The notes under the pieces: model-generated
Told to the model about the DNA's origin: nothing
Database searches by the model: none
Seen by the model: the letters and a program-made list of their open reading frames with translations, nothing else
Position numbers and translations under genes: made by a program
Source: an uncultured Actinomycetes bacterium
Lineage (GTDB): Bacteria; Actinomycetota; Actinomycetes; Nanopelagicales; Nanopelagicaceae
Direction: 5' to 3'
DNA: 64,000 bases
NCBI GenBank assembly: GCA_903852585.1
Contig: CAINRG010000033.1
Location: 5,633 to 69,632, forward strand
Part shown: positions 49,334 to 60,120 of the stretch, one piece after another
Position numbering within the stretch: position 1 is the first letter of the stretch
Layout: each line of letters opens with the position of its first letter

Positions 49334-49406
49334 TGCCTCGAGTCGGATTTGAACCGACACTGTGCGGATTTTGAGTCCGCCCTCTCTACCGTTGGAGTAC
49401 CGAGGC
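49334..49406 (-). tRNA. tRNA, anticodon CAA (Leu-like) with an atypically short 5-nt variable loop; CCA not encoded
   Basis: Hand-folded cloverleaf: GCCTCGG TA CTC C AACGGTAG A GAG G GCGGA CTCAAAA TCCGC ACAGT GTCGG TTCAAAT CCGAC TCGAGGC A. U8, A14, G18G19, U33, GTTC, A58 and C61 are all present. Confidence 0.8.
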
Positions 49407-49452
49407 ATCTCTTGCGGTAGCGAGTTTATAACGAGAGCTTGATTGAGGCGAA

Positions 49453-50895
49453 TTACTTGCGATAGGCAGGAGCAATGCCGTCTACGGCATCCCCCACAAC
49501 ATGCACACGCATTGCATTTGTCGACCCTGGAATCCCTGGAGGTGCGCCAGCGATAATCATGACTGGCTCTCCCTTCTTGGCGCGACCTGAATCGATGAGA
49601 ATTGCATCAACTTGCTTCACCATCTCATCGGTGTGATCAACAGATGGGGTAATCATTGGCTCAACCCCCCAAGAAAGTGCGAGTTGGTTATAGACCGGCA
49701 CTTCTGGAGTGAGAGCAAGGATAGGAATTGGAGAACGAAGTCTGGACATACGACGAGCTGAATCGCCGCTCTGAGTAAAAGCAACAAGATACTTTGCGCC
49801 CACGATAGCGCCGACTTCAGTCGCAGCCTTTGTAATCGCCCCGCCCTTTGTATGAGGCTGGTGTTGCAATGGTGCGATTCGATCGAGCATCGCCTCTTCA
49901 GTGCGCTCAATGATTCGTCCCATGACGGTCACAGCTTCAATCGGAAATGCTCCGACACTTGTCTCACCTGAAAGCATGAGCGCGTCCGCACCGTCCAACA
50001 CTGCATTTGCGCAGTCTGTTGCTTCGGCACGTGTTGGAGTTGAATTAACAATCATAGAGTCGAGCATCTGTGTTGCCACGATGACAGGTTTTGCCTGCTC
50101 ACGAGCAAGAGTCACGCAACGCTTCTGAACAAGTGGAACTTCCTCAATAGGCATCTCCACGCCAAGGTCTCCGCGAGCAACCATGATTCCATCAAATGCC
50201 GAGACGATTTCTTCGAGGTTTTCTACAGCCTGAGGCTTTTCAATCTTTGCAATGACCGGGCGTCGGATTCCAACTTCATCCATGATGCGATGAACATCAT
50301 CGATATCTGCTGCATTGCGAACAAATGAGAGTGCGATGAAATCTGCTCCTGCTGCAAGCCCCCAACGAAGATCCTCTTTATCTTTCTCAGAAAGTGCAGG
50401 GACTGAGACAGATACTCCCGGAAGGTTAATTCCCTTATTGTTACTGACAAACCCAGGTTGGATAACTTTTGTGACAACATCGTTGCCTTTTACTTCGACA
50501 ACTTCAACTGCCACCTTTCCGTCATCAATCAGGATTCGATCCCCAGCTTTGCAATCCCCTGGGAGTCCTTTGAAGGTAGTACCGCAACGCTCTTTAGTTC
50601 CTTCAACGTCATCGGTTGTAATTGTGAAAATATCGCCGCGAAATAGTTCGTGAGGGCCATCTTTGAATCGAGCAAGGCGAATCTTTGGCCCTTGAAGGTC
50701 TACAAGAATTGCAACAGCCTTTCCAGATTTCTTCGCTGCTTCACGGACGCGATCAAGTCGAGTCTGATGCTCCTCATATCCCCCGTGTGAGAGGTTAAGA
50801 CGAGCCATATTCATTCCAGCCGCAATCAGCTCGGCTACCTTTTCAGGCGCTTCAACTGCAGGACCCATTGTGCAAACTATCTTCGCTCTACGCAT
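49453..50895 (-). CDS. pyk: pyruvate kinase
   Basis: 480 aa. MRRAKIVCTMGPA, MVARGDLGVE. Confidence 0.96.
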   Translation of the reverse strand: MRRAKIVCTMGPAVEAPEKVAELIAAGMNMARLNLSHGGYEEHQTRLDRVREAAKKSGKAVAILVDLQGPKIRLARFKDGPHELFRGDIFTITTDDVEGTKERCGTTFKGLPGDCKAGDRILIDDGKVAVEVVEVKGNDVVTKVIQPGFVSNNKGINLPGVSVSVPALSEKDKEDLRWGLAAGADFIALSFVRNAADIDDVHRIMDEVGIRRPVIAKIEKPQAVENLEEIVSAFDGIMVARGDLGVEMPIEEVPLVQKRCVTLAREQAKPVIVATQMLDSMIVNSTPTRAEATDCANAVLDGADALMLSGETSVGAFPIEAVTVMGRIIERTEEAMLDRIAPLQHQPHTKGGAITKAATEVGAIVGAKYLVAFTQSGDSARRMSRLRSPIPILALTPEVPVYNQLALSWGVEPMITPSVDHTDEMVKQVDAILIDSGRAKKGEPVMIIAGAPPGIPGSTNAMRVHVVGDAVDGIAPAYRK

Positions 50896-50904
50896 AAGGA
50901 CAGC

Positions 50905-52368
50905 CTAAACCATGAGTGGTCGAGCCGTAGGCTCAATAGGTGATGGGAGTTGCGTCTCACCGACTAGATAAGTGTCAACTGCAGCTGCTGCGCTTCGCCC
51001 TTCTGCGATTGCCCAAACAATGAGAGATTGACCACGACCTGCATCTCCAGCGACAAAAACTCCGTCGATATTTGTCGCAAAATTTTCGTCACGTTTTATA
51101 TTCCCACGCTCATCAAATTCCACTTCAAGTTGTTGAAGAAGTTCACTCTTCTCAGGACCAACAAATCCCATGGCAAGGAATACGAAATCAGCCTTCAGTT
51201 CCTTCTCAGATCCAGGAACTTTCTCAAACTTGCCACTTTCCTTCTTGAATTCCACTTCAGAAAGTTTGATAGCTCGAAGATTTCCATTTTCATCGCCAAG
51301 AAATTCTTCGGTGGAGACGGCATAAAGTCGCTCTCCGCCTTCTTCATGCGCGCTGCTGACTCGATAGATCATTGGATACGTTGGCCATGGTTGCGCAGAT
51401 GGACGTTCTTCGGTTGGTCGAGGCATGATTTCAAGCTGCGTGACGCTCGCCGCCCCTTGACGGATGGAAGTTCCCAAACAGTCGGCACCTGTATCTCCGC
51501 CACCAAGAATGATGACAGCTTTTCCGTGGGTGTTAATTGGAGGTTCTCCTGAAATTTCATTAAGAGCTTGCTTGTTGCCCCATGGAAGAAATTCCATCGC
51601 TTGATAAATTCCCTTGAGATCGCGACCGGGAACATTGATATCTCGCCAATTTGTTGCACCGACAGCCAAGACAACTGCATCGTATTTTGCTCGTAGTTGC
51701 TGGCCCGTGATATCCACTCCGACATTAACGCCAGAGCGGAAACGCGTTCCTTCACCTTCCATTTGGGTGATGCGGCGATCCACGATCTGCTTTTCCATCT
51801 TAAATTCTGGAATTCCATATCGGAGAAGTCCCCCGACCTTTTCTGCGCGTTCATACACCGCAACTGTGTGCCCCGCACGTGTGAGTTGTTGTGCAGCGGC
51901 AAGCCCAGAAGGCCCCGAGCCAATAACGGCGACAGTCTTTCCGGAGAGTCGATCAGGTGGCAATGGATTTACATCGCCATAATCAAAGGCCTCTTCAATT
52001 GTGCGAAGCTCTACTTGCTTGATTGTGACAGGGTCTCCATTGACTCCTACAACGCATGCAGTTTCGCAAGGCGCTGGGCAGAGTCGACCGGTAAATTCAG
52101 GAAAATTGTTTGTTGCGTGAAGTCGGGCGATTGCTTCTTTCTTCTCCCCGCGCCAAATTAAGTCATTCCATTCAGGAATGAGATTTCCAAGTGGGCAGCC
52201 TTGATGGCAAAACGGAATACCGCAATCCATACAACGGCTTGCTTGCTTTTGAAGAACTCCAAACTCCTGAGGCTCATAGACCTCTTTCCAGTCTTGAATG
52301 CGAACATCAATAGGACGCCGTGTTGGAGTCTGTCGAGAGACATTAATAAAACCCTTTGGATCAGCCAT
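50905..52368 (-). CDS. gltD: glutamate synthase (NADPH) small subunit
   Basis: 487 aa. Fe-S Cys motifs CMDCGIPFC...C, dinucleotide fold VIGSGPSGLAAA. Confidence 0.95.
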   Translation of the reverse strand: MADPKGFINVSRQTPTRRPIDVRIQDWKEVYEPQEFGVLQKQASRCMDCGIPFCHQGCPLGNLIPEWNDLIWRGEKKEAIARLHATNNFPEFTGRLCPAPCETACVVGVNGDPVTIKQVELRTIEEAFDYGDVNPLPPDRLSGKTVAVIGSGPSGLAAAQQLTRAGHTVAVYERAEKVGGLLRYGIPEFKMEKQIVDRRITQMEGEGTRFRSGVNVGVDITGQQLRAKYDAVVLAVGATNWRDINVPGRDLKGIYQAMEFLPWGNKQALNEISGEPPINTHGKAVIILGGGDTGADCLGTSIRQGAASVTQLEIMPRPTEERPSAQPWPTYPMIYRVSSAHEEGGERLYAVSTEEFLGDENGNLRAIKLSEVEFKKESGKFEKVPGSEKELKADFVFLAMGFVGPEKSELLQQLEVEFDERGNIKRDENFATNIDGVFVAGDAGRGQSLIVWAIAEGRSAAAAVDTYLVGETQLPSPIEPTARPLMV

Positions 52369-55300
52369 TAGATTGCCTCCATTACAACTTTATCGACATC
52401 AAGTCCTTCTCGTTGCGCCCGCTCCATTGCAGCAAGTACGCGTGCATAATCACGAGGCATAACGAGTGAGATTCTCATCTTTTCATTCTGCCAATCGGCA
52501 AGAATTTTTTGCGCGACAACAGATCCGGTTTCTACGTGGAAGAGTGTCAACATGGATTTCACAGTCTCTTCTTGATCAACAGGAAGTGTAAGAACGTCGA
52601 CCATATCTGGATTCACAAGGCGTTCATCAAGATCGAGAACGAATGCACGACCACCTGACATTCCTGCAGCAAAATTGCGACCGGTTCGACCGAGAATCAA
52701 AACTTGGCCCCCTGTCATGTATTCACACCCATGGTCTCCAATTCCTTCGACAACTGCCGTCGCTCCGGAATTTCGAACGCAGAAACGCTCGCCAACAATT
52801 CCTCGAATGAGGATTTCACCACGCGTAGCGCCATAGCCAATGACATTTCCCGCGATGATGTTCTCTTCCGATGGGAAGCTCGCCTTTTCATCAGGTCGCA
52901 CAACGACGCGTCCGCCTGAAAGGCCTTTTCCAACATAGTCATTTGAGTCACCATAAAGTCGAAGTGAGAGACCTTGCGGAATAAATGCACCGAGTGATTG
53001 GCCGGCAGATCCATGCAGAGTGATATCAATCGTGCCAGCAGGTAGCCCCTCTGCACCAAATCGTCGAGTTACTTCTGCACCGAGCATTGTTCCCACAGTT
53101 CTATTTACATTGCGCACATCTTTAGCAATGCGAACAGGTTCACCCTTTGTCAGGGATGGCTCGGAGAGTGCGATCAATTCATTATCAAGGGCAGCTCCAA
53201 GACCATGCTCCTGAGATGTGGTGTTCTTTCGATTTCCAGGAACGGATGGAGCAAGTAGAAGTGGAGAGAGATCTAAGCCGCTCGCCTTCCAATGTTCTAC
53301 TGCTTGTTTTGTATCAAGAAGTTCCACTTGTCCGATTGCTTCTTCCAAGCTCTTAAATCCAACCTTTGCAAGCCATTCACGAACTTCCTCTGCAATGTAT
53401 TCAAAGAATGTTTCAACAAATTCTGGCTTTCCAGAGAACTTCGCACGCAATTCTGGATTCTGCGTTGCAACTCCAACAGGACATGTGTCCAAGTGACAAA
53501 CGCGCATCATGACGCAACCAGAAACCACGAGTGGGGCTGTTGCAAAGCCGAACTCTTCAGCGCCTAGAAGTGCAGCAATCACAACATCGCGACCTGTCTT
53601 CATTTGACCATCAACCTGTACAACGATTCGATCGCGAAGCCCGTTGAGCATCAATGTCTGCTGAGTTTCAGCAAGCCCGAGCTCCCACGGTGCTCCAGCA
53701 TGCTTCAAAGAAGTCAGAGGAGATGCACCCGTTCCACCGTCATGGCCGGAGATGAGAACGACATCAGCGTGGGCCTTGGAAACTCCAGCTGCAACCGTAC
53801 CTACACCGACTTCAGCAACAAGTTTGACGTGAATACGCGCATTTTTGTTTGCATTTTTTAGATCATGAATAAGTTGAGCAAGATCCTCAATAGAATAGAT
53901 ATCGTGGTGAGGTGGAGGAGAGATAAGACCTACACCCGGTGTCGAGTGACGAACCTTTGCAACCCACGGATACACCTTGTTTCCAGGGAGTTGGCCGCCT
54001 TCTCCGGGTTTTGCACCTTGTGCCATCTTGATTTGAATGTCATCAGCGTTGACGAGGTAATTACTTGTGACTCCAAATCGACCACTTGCAACTTGCTTGA
54101 TCGCAGAACGTCTCCAGTCACCGTTTTCATCTTTTTCGAAACGATCGGGATCTTCTCCACCTTCACCACTATTGGATTTTCCACCAATACGGTTCATTGC
54201 AATAGCAAGATTTTCGTGAGCTTCTTGAGAGATGGAACCAAAGGACATCGCTCCAGTTGCGAATCGTTTCACGATCGATGAGATGGGTTCTACTTCATCG
54301 ATGGAAATAGGTGCGCGAACCCCTTCCTTAAATGTAAAGAGACCGCGCAGCGTCATTAATGACTTTGCTTGATTGTCGATTCGGCTCGTATAACGCTTGA
54401 AAACGTCGTAGCGTTTTGCACGAGTGGAGTGCTGCAATGTGAATACTGTTTCGGGATCGAATAAATGTGGCTCGCCTTCACGACGCCATTGATATTCGCC
54501 ACCGATTTGAAGCTTCTTTGAACCAGGCACTTCTCCCATAGGTGGGTAAGCAATGTGATGGCGCTTGATGGTCTCTTCAGCAATAACTTCGAGTGAGACA
54601 CCGCCGAGGCGCGAGGTGAGTCCTACAAAATATTCATCGACTACTTCACGTGAGAGTCCAATGGCTTCAAATACTTGTGCACCCGTATAAGAGGCAATGG
54701 TTGAGATGCCCATCTTTGACATCACCTTAAGAACGCCTTTACCGAGAGATTTAATGAGATTTGCGACAGCTTTTTCAGGCGTTATGCCTTTAATGACACC
54801 TTGGCGCACCAAGTCTTCGGCGCTCTCCATAGCCAAATATGGATTTACAGCAGCAGCGCCAAATCCAACAAGAAGGGCGATGTGATGAACTTCGCGCACT
54901 TCTCCTGTCTCAATAACAAGACCAACTTGTGTGCGGGTCTTCTCGCGAATCAAATGGTGATGAACAGCAGATGTGAGAAGGAGGGAAGGAATCGGGGCTT
55001 CTTCGGAATCTCCATCGCGATCAGAGAGAACGATGATGTGCGCACCATCCTTGATCGCCTGTGAAACCTCAGCTCGAATCTCTTCAATTCGTTGACGAAG
55101 TCCTTCTCCCCCATCCGCTACCTTGAAGAGTCCTCGAACTACATGGGAGTGAAATCCTTCGCGGTCGCCTTCAGCATTAACGTGAATGATCTTGGCAAGT
55201 TCATCATTATCGATGACGGGAAAATCAAGAGAGATTTGTTGGCACGATGCTGGTCCGGGATCAAGAAGATTGTGTTCTGGGCCGATACTTCCGCCCAAAC

Positions 55301-56894
55301 TCGTCACAAGCTCTTCACGAATTGCATCCAAGGGAGGGTTTGTCACCTGTGCGAAGAGTTGTGCAAAGTAATCAAAGAGCAGTCGAGGTTTATTGGAGAG
55401 AGCTGCAATCGGAGTATCTGTGCCCATCGAACCAAGTGGTTCAAGCCCAGACTTTGCCATCGGCGCGACAATGATGCGAAGTTCTTCTTCCGTATAACCA
55501 AATGCGCGTTGGCGGCGAACAACGGATGAGTGCGGATAGATAATATGTTCGCGAGCGGGCAAATCGGCAAGACGAACAAGACCATCATTGAGCCATTCAC
55601 CATAAGGGGCGGCGTCAGCGAGTTGATCTTTAATTTCACCATCTTCGATTATGCGGCCTTCTTCAATATCAACAAGAAACATTCGACCAGGTTGGAGTCT
55701 GCCCTTACGCTCAATATTTTCGGGAGCGAAATCAAGGACACCGACTTCGGAAGCAAGTACAACAAGGCCATCCTTCGTTACCCAATATCGTGAGGGACGA
55801 AGACCATTTCGATCAAGAACTGCGCCGAGTTGGAGCCCATCAGTAAATGTCACACATGCAGGACCGTCCCACGCTTCCATCAGCGTAGAGTGGAATTGGT
55901 AGAAATCTCGGCGATTCTTCGCCATCGTTGTGTGGTTTTCCCATGCCTCTGGAATCATCATCAAAATTGAATGAGGGAGCGAGCGTCCACCCAGATAGAG
56001 AAGTTCAAGTACTTCATCAAAGGAAGCAGAATCACTTCCTGCAGGATCAACAATTGGATAAAGGCGATTCAGATCTCCAGGAATAAGTTCTGATGAGAGA
56101 AGCGCTTCACGGGCGCGCATCCAGTTGCGATTTCCCTTGACGGTATTAATTTCTCCATTGTGGGCAATAAATCGATATGGATGAGCAAGTGGCCAGGAAG
56201 GGAAGGTATTTGTTGAGAAACGTGAATGGACAATTGCAAGTGGAGAAACAACGCGCTCATCAGATAAATCTGGGAAGAATTCCTCAAGCTGTCCTGTTGT
56301 CAACATTCCCTTATACACAATTGTGCGAGTAGAAAGGGAAGGGAAATAGATTGGATAGCCATGTTCAACGCGCTTGCGGAAACAAAATGCCAGGCGATCC
56401 AGATTTAAATCTGATTCTCCGTTTTTGCCGGAGATAAAGAGTTGGACAAATTTTGGCATGACAGAAAGTGCGGTCTTACCCAGAGATTGGGAGTTAATGG
56501 GAAGTTCGCGCCACCCCAAAATTACTAAGCCTTCTTCATCGGCAATCTTGGAAAGAGAATCCATATCCGCAAAATTCTCACCAATAAATGCAATGCCTGC
56601 TGCGTATTTGCTGGATTCGGGAAGTTCAAATGGAAGAACAGCGCGATAAAAAGCATCAGGGATTCGAATTAATATTCCAGCGCCATCGCCGCTATCTGGT
56701 TCAGCGCCAGAAGCTCCACGGTGCTCGAGATTGCGAAGAGCGGTGAGCGCTTGCGCAACAATTTCATGTGTTGCTTTTTTGTTGAGTGTTGCAACCATCG
56801 CAACGCCGCATGAATCTTTTTCATTCGCAGGATCGTAAAGTCCTTGCGCAGGCGGAACCGTGCTGAAGAGGTTCGTGCTCATGAGCTCATGCAC
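52368..56894 (-). CDS. gltB: glutamate synthase large subunit
   Basis: 1508 aa. Ntn amidotransferase Cys (DSCGVAMVA), FMN and GXGXG domains. The start may instead be the ATG at 56882. 1-nt overlap with gltD. Confidence 0.95.
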   Translation of the reverse strand: MHELMSTNLFSTVPPAQGLYDPANEKDSCGVAMVATLNKKATHEIVAQALTALRNLEHRGASGAEPDSGDGAGILIRIPDAFYRAVLPFELPESSKYAAGIAFIGENFADMDSLSKIADEEGLVILGWRELPINSQSLGKTALSVMPKFVQLFISGKNGESDLNLDRLAFCFRKRVEHGYPIYFPSLSTRTIVYKGMLTTGQLEEFFPDLSDERVVSPLAIVHSRFSTNTFPSWPLAHPYRFIAHNGEINTVKGNRNWMRAREALLSSELIPGDLNRLYPIVDPAGSDSASFDEVLELLYLGGRSLPHSILMMIPEAWENHTTMAKNRRDFYQFHSTLMEAWDGPACVTFTDGLQLGAVLDRNGLRPSRYWVTKDGLVVLASEVGVLDFAPENIERKGRLQPGRMFLVDIEEGRIIEDGEIKDQLADAAPYGEWLNDGLVRLADLPAREHIIYPHSSVVRRQRAFGYTEEELRIIVAPMAKSGLEPLGSMGTDTPIAALSNKPRLLFDYFAQLFAQVTNPPLDAIREELVTSLGGSIGPEHNLLDPGPASCQQISLDFPVIDNDELAKIIHVNAEGDREGFHSHVVRGLFKVADGGEGLRQRIEEIRAEVSQAIKDGAHIIVLSDRDGDSEEAPIPSLLLTSAVHHHLIREKTRTQVGLVIETGEVREVHHIALLVGFGAAAVNPYLAMESAEDLVRQGVIKGITPEKAVANLIKSLGKGVLKVMSKMGISTIASYTGAQVFEAIGLSREVVDEYFVGLTSRLGGVSLEVIAEETIKRHHIAYPPMGEVPGSKKLQIGGEYQWRREGEPHLFDPETVFTLQHSTRAKRYDVFKRYTSRIDNQAKSLMTLRGLFTFKEGVRAPISIDEVEPISSIVKRFATGAMSFGSISQEAHENLAIAMNRIGGKSNSGEGGEDPDRFEKDENGDWRRSAIKQVASGRFGVTSNYLVNADDIQIKMAQGAKPGEGGQLPGNKVYPWVAKVRHSTPGVGLISPPPHHDIYSIEDLAQLIHDLKNANKNARIHVKLVAEVGVGTVAAGVSKAHADVVLISGHDGGTGASPLTSLKHAGAPWELGLAETQQTLMLNGLRDRIVVQVDGQMKTGRDVVIAALLGAEEFGFATAPLVVSGCVMMRVCHLDTCPVGVATQNPELRAKFSGKPEFVETFFEYIAEEVREWLAKVGFKSLEEAIGQVELLDTKQAVEHWKASGLDLSPLLLAPSVPGNRKNTTSQEHGLGAALDNELIALSEPSLTKGEPVRIAKDVRNVNRTVGTMLGAEVTRRFGAEGLPAGTIDITLHGSAGQSLGAFIPQGLSLRLYGDSNDYVGKGLSGGRVVVRPDEKASFPSEENIIAGNVIGYGATRGEILIRGIVGERFCVRNSGATAVVEGIGDHGCEYMTGGQVLILGRTGRNFAAGMSGGRAFVLDLDERLVNPDMVDVLTLPVDQEETVKSMLTLFHVETGSVVAQKILADWQNEKMRISLVMPRDYARVLAAMERAQREGLDVDKVVMEAI

Positions 56895-56997
56895 TCCTGT
56901 CTAACTCCGATATGTAGCAATCGGGACGACAGTGGCCCTACCTTCCTATCACTTCCCTAAAAGCTGGAGTTCAAGAACCGGTGGGAAAGGGTAGCAA

Positions 56998-57705
56998 CTA
57001 GATGCCTGAAAGGTGAACCAGTGAGCCAATTCCTGCAGTGATGGCCATGCCCACAGAGCCACCAATAACGACGCGAGCCGCCGTGGTGAGCAGGCGTGAA
57101 CCGGCAAGGCGAGAACTCACAAAACCTGTACCAAAGAGCCCGGCCACAGTGAAGGCAACAATGCTCCACACCTTTGCGCCAGTGCTCGGAGCAAGAGCGC
57201 CGAGAAGAGGGATGATTCCGCCAACTGTGTAGGAAATTGCAGAAGCCACTGCAGCCTGTACAGGGCGAGCCTTTGTATGTTCAAATTGGCCGAGTTCATC
57301 GCGAAGGTGGGCTTCGAGGGCATCTTTATCGTGCATCGCCTTTGCTACTTGCTCTGCCAAATCGCGAGTCAAGCCACGTTGTATATAAATATGTGTCAGC
57401 TCTTCAAGTTCACCTGCAGGATCTATTGCTAGGTGTTGCGCTTCAATACGGCGATCGGCCAGTTCAATATCTGTTTGCGAGCGAACAGAGATGTACTCAC
57501 CAACAGCCATAGACATCGCACCTGCGGCTATGCCTGCACAACCTCCAGTAAAGATGAAGTCACTCTTTCCAGCCGCAGAAATTCCAATCATCAAGGAGGC
57601 GGTTGCAACCAGACCGTCATTTGCGCCCAAAACTGCAGCTCGAAGCCAGCCAGCTTTATGTACCTTGTGATCGAGATTTCGTTGAAAGACTTCTTCTAAG
57701 CTCAT
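56998..57705 (-). CDS. VIT1/CCC1-family iron/manganese transporter
   Basis: 235 aa. GANDGLVATASLMIG signature and C-terminal TM bundle. Confidence 0.8.
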   Translation of the reverse strand: MSLEEVFQRNLDHKVHKAGWLRAAVLGANDGLVATASLMIGISAAGKSDFIFTGGCAGIAAGAMSMAVGEYISVRSQTDIELADRRIEAQHLAIDPAGELEELTHIYIQRGLTRDLAEQVAKAMHDKDALEAHLRDELGQFEHTKARPVQAAVASAISYTVGGIIPLLGALAPSTGAKVWSIVAFTVAGLFGTGFVSSRLAGSRLLTTAARVVIGGSVGMAITAGIGSLVHLSGI

Positions 57706-57714
57706 GTTGCTAGC

Positions 57715-58569
57715 CTAGCGTTTGAGGGAAGGCTTGAGGCGTAGAAAATAGATTGCGACACAAAAAGTCAGCGCACTTACCCACATATTGAGCCGAAGGC
57801 CCCAGATGAGATGGGCAGAATCTATGCGAAGTGACTCAATCCAAAATCTGCCAAACGAATAGAAGGCGATATAGAAGAGAAAGAGTTTTCCTGGCGGCAA
57901 TGTGTCCAATGTGTCCAATGAGTCCAGTGTGTCCAGTGTATGAAGACGAGAAATACGAAAAATAAGAAAAGCACCAAGGAGGCACCAGATCGATTCATAG
58001 AGGAATGTGGGATGAAATGTGGCGAAGTTTTCAAATCCCTTTGGCCGGAATGCATCAGGAACGTGAAGTGCCCATGGAAGTTTTGTTGGTCTTCCGAAAA
58101 GTTCATTGTTGAACCAATTCCCCCACCGGCCTATAGCTTGTGCAACAAGAAGCCCGGGGACTACTGCATCTGCAAATTGGGCGAAAGAGAGCGATCGTTC
58201 CTTCTTCCCAAATTTCTTAGATCCTTTGAAGTAGAGGAATGAAGCAGCGGCACCCATACCGACAGCGCCCCAAATTCCCATTCCGCCCTCATATATCTTT
58301 AGAGCATCTATCGGATGACCGTTTCTTCCAAAGTACGCATCCGGTGAAGTGAGAACGTGATAAAGGCGTCCACCAATAATTCCTGCCGGAATAATGTATG
58401 TAGCAACTTCAAGCACTTCATCCACATTTCCGCCAGCTTTACGATAACGAGCCCGCGTAATGAGTATCGCGCTACAAATTCCCATCAGAATGCAAAGGGC
58501 ATAAAAATGAATGGTAAGAAAACTAAAATGCACCGCACTTGCCGAGGGTGAAGGCAAGTAACGATGCAT
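57715..58569 (-). CDS. lgt: prolipoprotein diacylglyceryl transferase
   Basis: 284 aa. GRWGNWFNNELFG signature, YGGMGIWG-like region (YEGGMGIWGAV). Carries an internal 9-bp tandem repeat. Confidence 0.92.
   Translation of the reverse strand: MHRYLPSPSASAVHFSFLTIHFYALCILMGICSAILITRARYRKAGGNVDEVLEVATYIIPAGIIGGRLYHVLTSPDAYFGRNGHPIDALKIYEGGMGIWGAVGMGAAASFLYFKGSKKFGKKERSLSFAQFADAVVPGLLVAQAIGRWGNWFNNELFGRPTKLPWALHVPDAFRPKGFENFATFHPTFLYESIWCLLGAFLIFRISRLHTLDTLDSLDTLDTLPPGKLFLFYIAFYSFGRFWIESLRIDSAHLIWGLRLNMWVSALTFCVAIYFLRLKPSLKR
57898..57942 (-). repeat. in-frame 9-bp tandem repeat (about 4-5 units) inside lgt
   Basis: Plus-strand units are caatgtgtc / caatgtgtc / caatgagtc / cagtgtgtc / cagtgtatg. 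They encode HTLDTLDSLDTLDTL in Lgt. Confidence 0.9.
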
Positions 58570-58593
58570 TTTTAATCCAGCTAAGTTCTGCTC

Positions 58594-59271
58594 TTACTTC
58601 ACTCCTGCGGCTGTTAAGTAAGCTGCAAACTTCTTATTATCGAGATAGTTTTCTGTTGGCATAAGCTTTCCATTGACAAAAACTGTCGGAGTCGAATTGA
58701 CGCCCTGCTTTGTTGCATCAGTTTCAATATTCGAAACCCAGCCTTCATACTTTGAAGACTTTACGCAATCGGCGAAACTCTTATCCTTAATGCCCGAACC
58801 AATACCTAAAACTGTGAGAACTTGCGCATTCCATAGACCTGAATTCTCAGTCTTTGATTGATTCGCATATAGAGCAGTGTGCATTTCAAGGAATTTTCCA
58901 GCATCGGCAGCACAACCGGCGGCATTAGCAGCCAAGATTGACTCTGGTCCAATAAAGGACATCGTGTGATAAACAGCTTTAATCTTGCCAGCCTTCACAA
59001 GAGAATTTACATATGCATTGTTGACAGCTTCAAAGTTGCGGCAATTTGGGCATTGGAAGTCTTCCCAAAAATCAACTTTTATCTTTGCTGTGGGATTGAG
59101 AACAATTCCGTAACCATCAGCCTTAGAAGCTATGGTTGGTTTTGCCGAAGAATTTGTTGAATGTGAAGAGAAAAGTGAAGCACCCACTCCTGCAAGTACA
59201 ACAAGGAGAACCATTCCGATCACAATATTTCGTGTGACCTTATCTCCGCCTTTTTGCTGTGCCATTTCCAA
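58594..59271 (-). CDS. membrane-anchored DsbA-like thiol:disulfide oxidoreductase
   Basis: 225 aa. N-terminal TM helix, thioredoxin-fold CxxC motif FQCPNCRNFE. Confidence 0.82.
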   Translation of the reverse strand: MEMAQQKGGDKVTRNIVIGMVLLVVLAGVGASLFSSHSTNSSAKPTIASKADGYGIVLNPTAKIKVDFWEDFQCPNCRNFEAVNNAYVNSLVKAGKIKAVYHTMSFIGPESILAANAAGCAADAGKFLEMHTALYANQSKTENSGLWNAQVLTVLGIGSGIKDKSFADCVKSSKYEGWVSNIETDATKQGVNSTPTVFVNGKLMPTENYLDNKKFAAYLTAAGVK

Positions 59272-59325
59272 CTCCTTTAGATCTCATTTCCGGGGCAAAA
59301 TCTGAACGTAATTTACAGGAGAAAG

Positions 59326-60120
59326 CTATCGTCGAACTCCTTGTGCGAGAGATTGAGCGAGTTCTCGTACTCGAATTAATCCTTCACCCATGGACTGACT
59401 CTCCTGGAGAAGGCGTATGAAAGCGGAACCAACGATGACTCCATCAGCATATTGAGCGACTTCGTGTGCCTGCTCACGTGTAGAGACCCCCAAACCAACA
59501 GAAACTGGCGTTGTGGAAACCTTGCGGATGCGTGTCACCAAATCCTTTGCCGACGATGAGACGCTTGTTCGCGTTCCGGTGACTCCCATCAGGGAAGCGG
59601 CATAGATAAAACCACTACATTCTGCGGTCACTTGAGCAAGGCGATCATCCTTTGTGCTTGGTGCAACAACAAAAATGCTATTGATCTCTTCTTTCTTCAC
59701 GGCTGCTCGCCATGGCAGGGCTTCTTCAATTGTCAGATCAGGGGTGATTACTCCGGATCCTCCTGCTTCTGCAATGCTATGTGCAAAATTTTCGACGCCG
59801 TATCTTTCGATGGGATTCCAATAGGTCATCACAACGGCCGGAGTTCCAAGAGAGGTAACTGCTTTCAAAGTGCTAAATACTTCCTTTGCGCCGGTTCCTT
59901 GACTCAAGGAAAGATCGGCTGCGGCCTGGATTATCGGGCCATCCATTACTGGATCGCTGTAAGGAAATCCAATTTCAATTGCATCGACGCCGCCTTCGAC
60001 CATTGCTGTTACTGCATCAATACATTCTTGATGTGACGGGAAGCCTGCAGGTAAATATCCAATAAGCGCAGCGCGATTTTCTCCGCGAGTCTTTTCAAAG
60101 AGCTGTGAGAGCGCTGTCAT
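59326..60120 (-). CDS. trpA: tryptophan synthase alpha chain
   Basis: 264 aa. IEIGFPYSDPVMDGP motif. Confidence 0.95.
   Translation of the reverse strand: MTALSQLFEKTRGENRAALIGYLPAGFPSHQECIDAVTAMVEGGVDAIEIGFPYSDPVMDGPIIQAAADLSLSQGTGAKEVFSTLKAVTSLGTPAVVMTYWNPIERYGVENFAHSIAEAGGSGVITPDLTIEEALPWRAAVKKEEINSIFVVAPSTKDDRLAQVTAECSGFIYAASLMGVTGTRTSVSSSAKDLVTRIRKVSTTPVSVGLGVSTREQAHEVAQYADGVIVGSAFIRLLQESQSMGEGLIRVRELAQSLAQGVRR

Noticed and set aside
49334-49406. Reading the tRNA locus on the plus strand, where the loop TTTTGAG would give a tRNA-Gln (TTG) anticodon.
   Set aside because: On the plus strand the would-be T-loop (TACCGTT) and D-loop (ATTTGAA, no GG) violate universal tRNA features. The minus strand has a perfect GGTTCAAATCC T-arm and a G18G19 D-loop.
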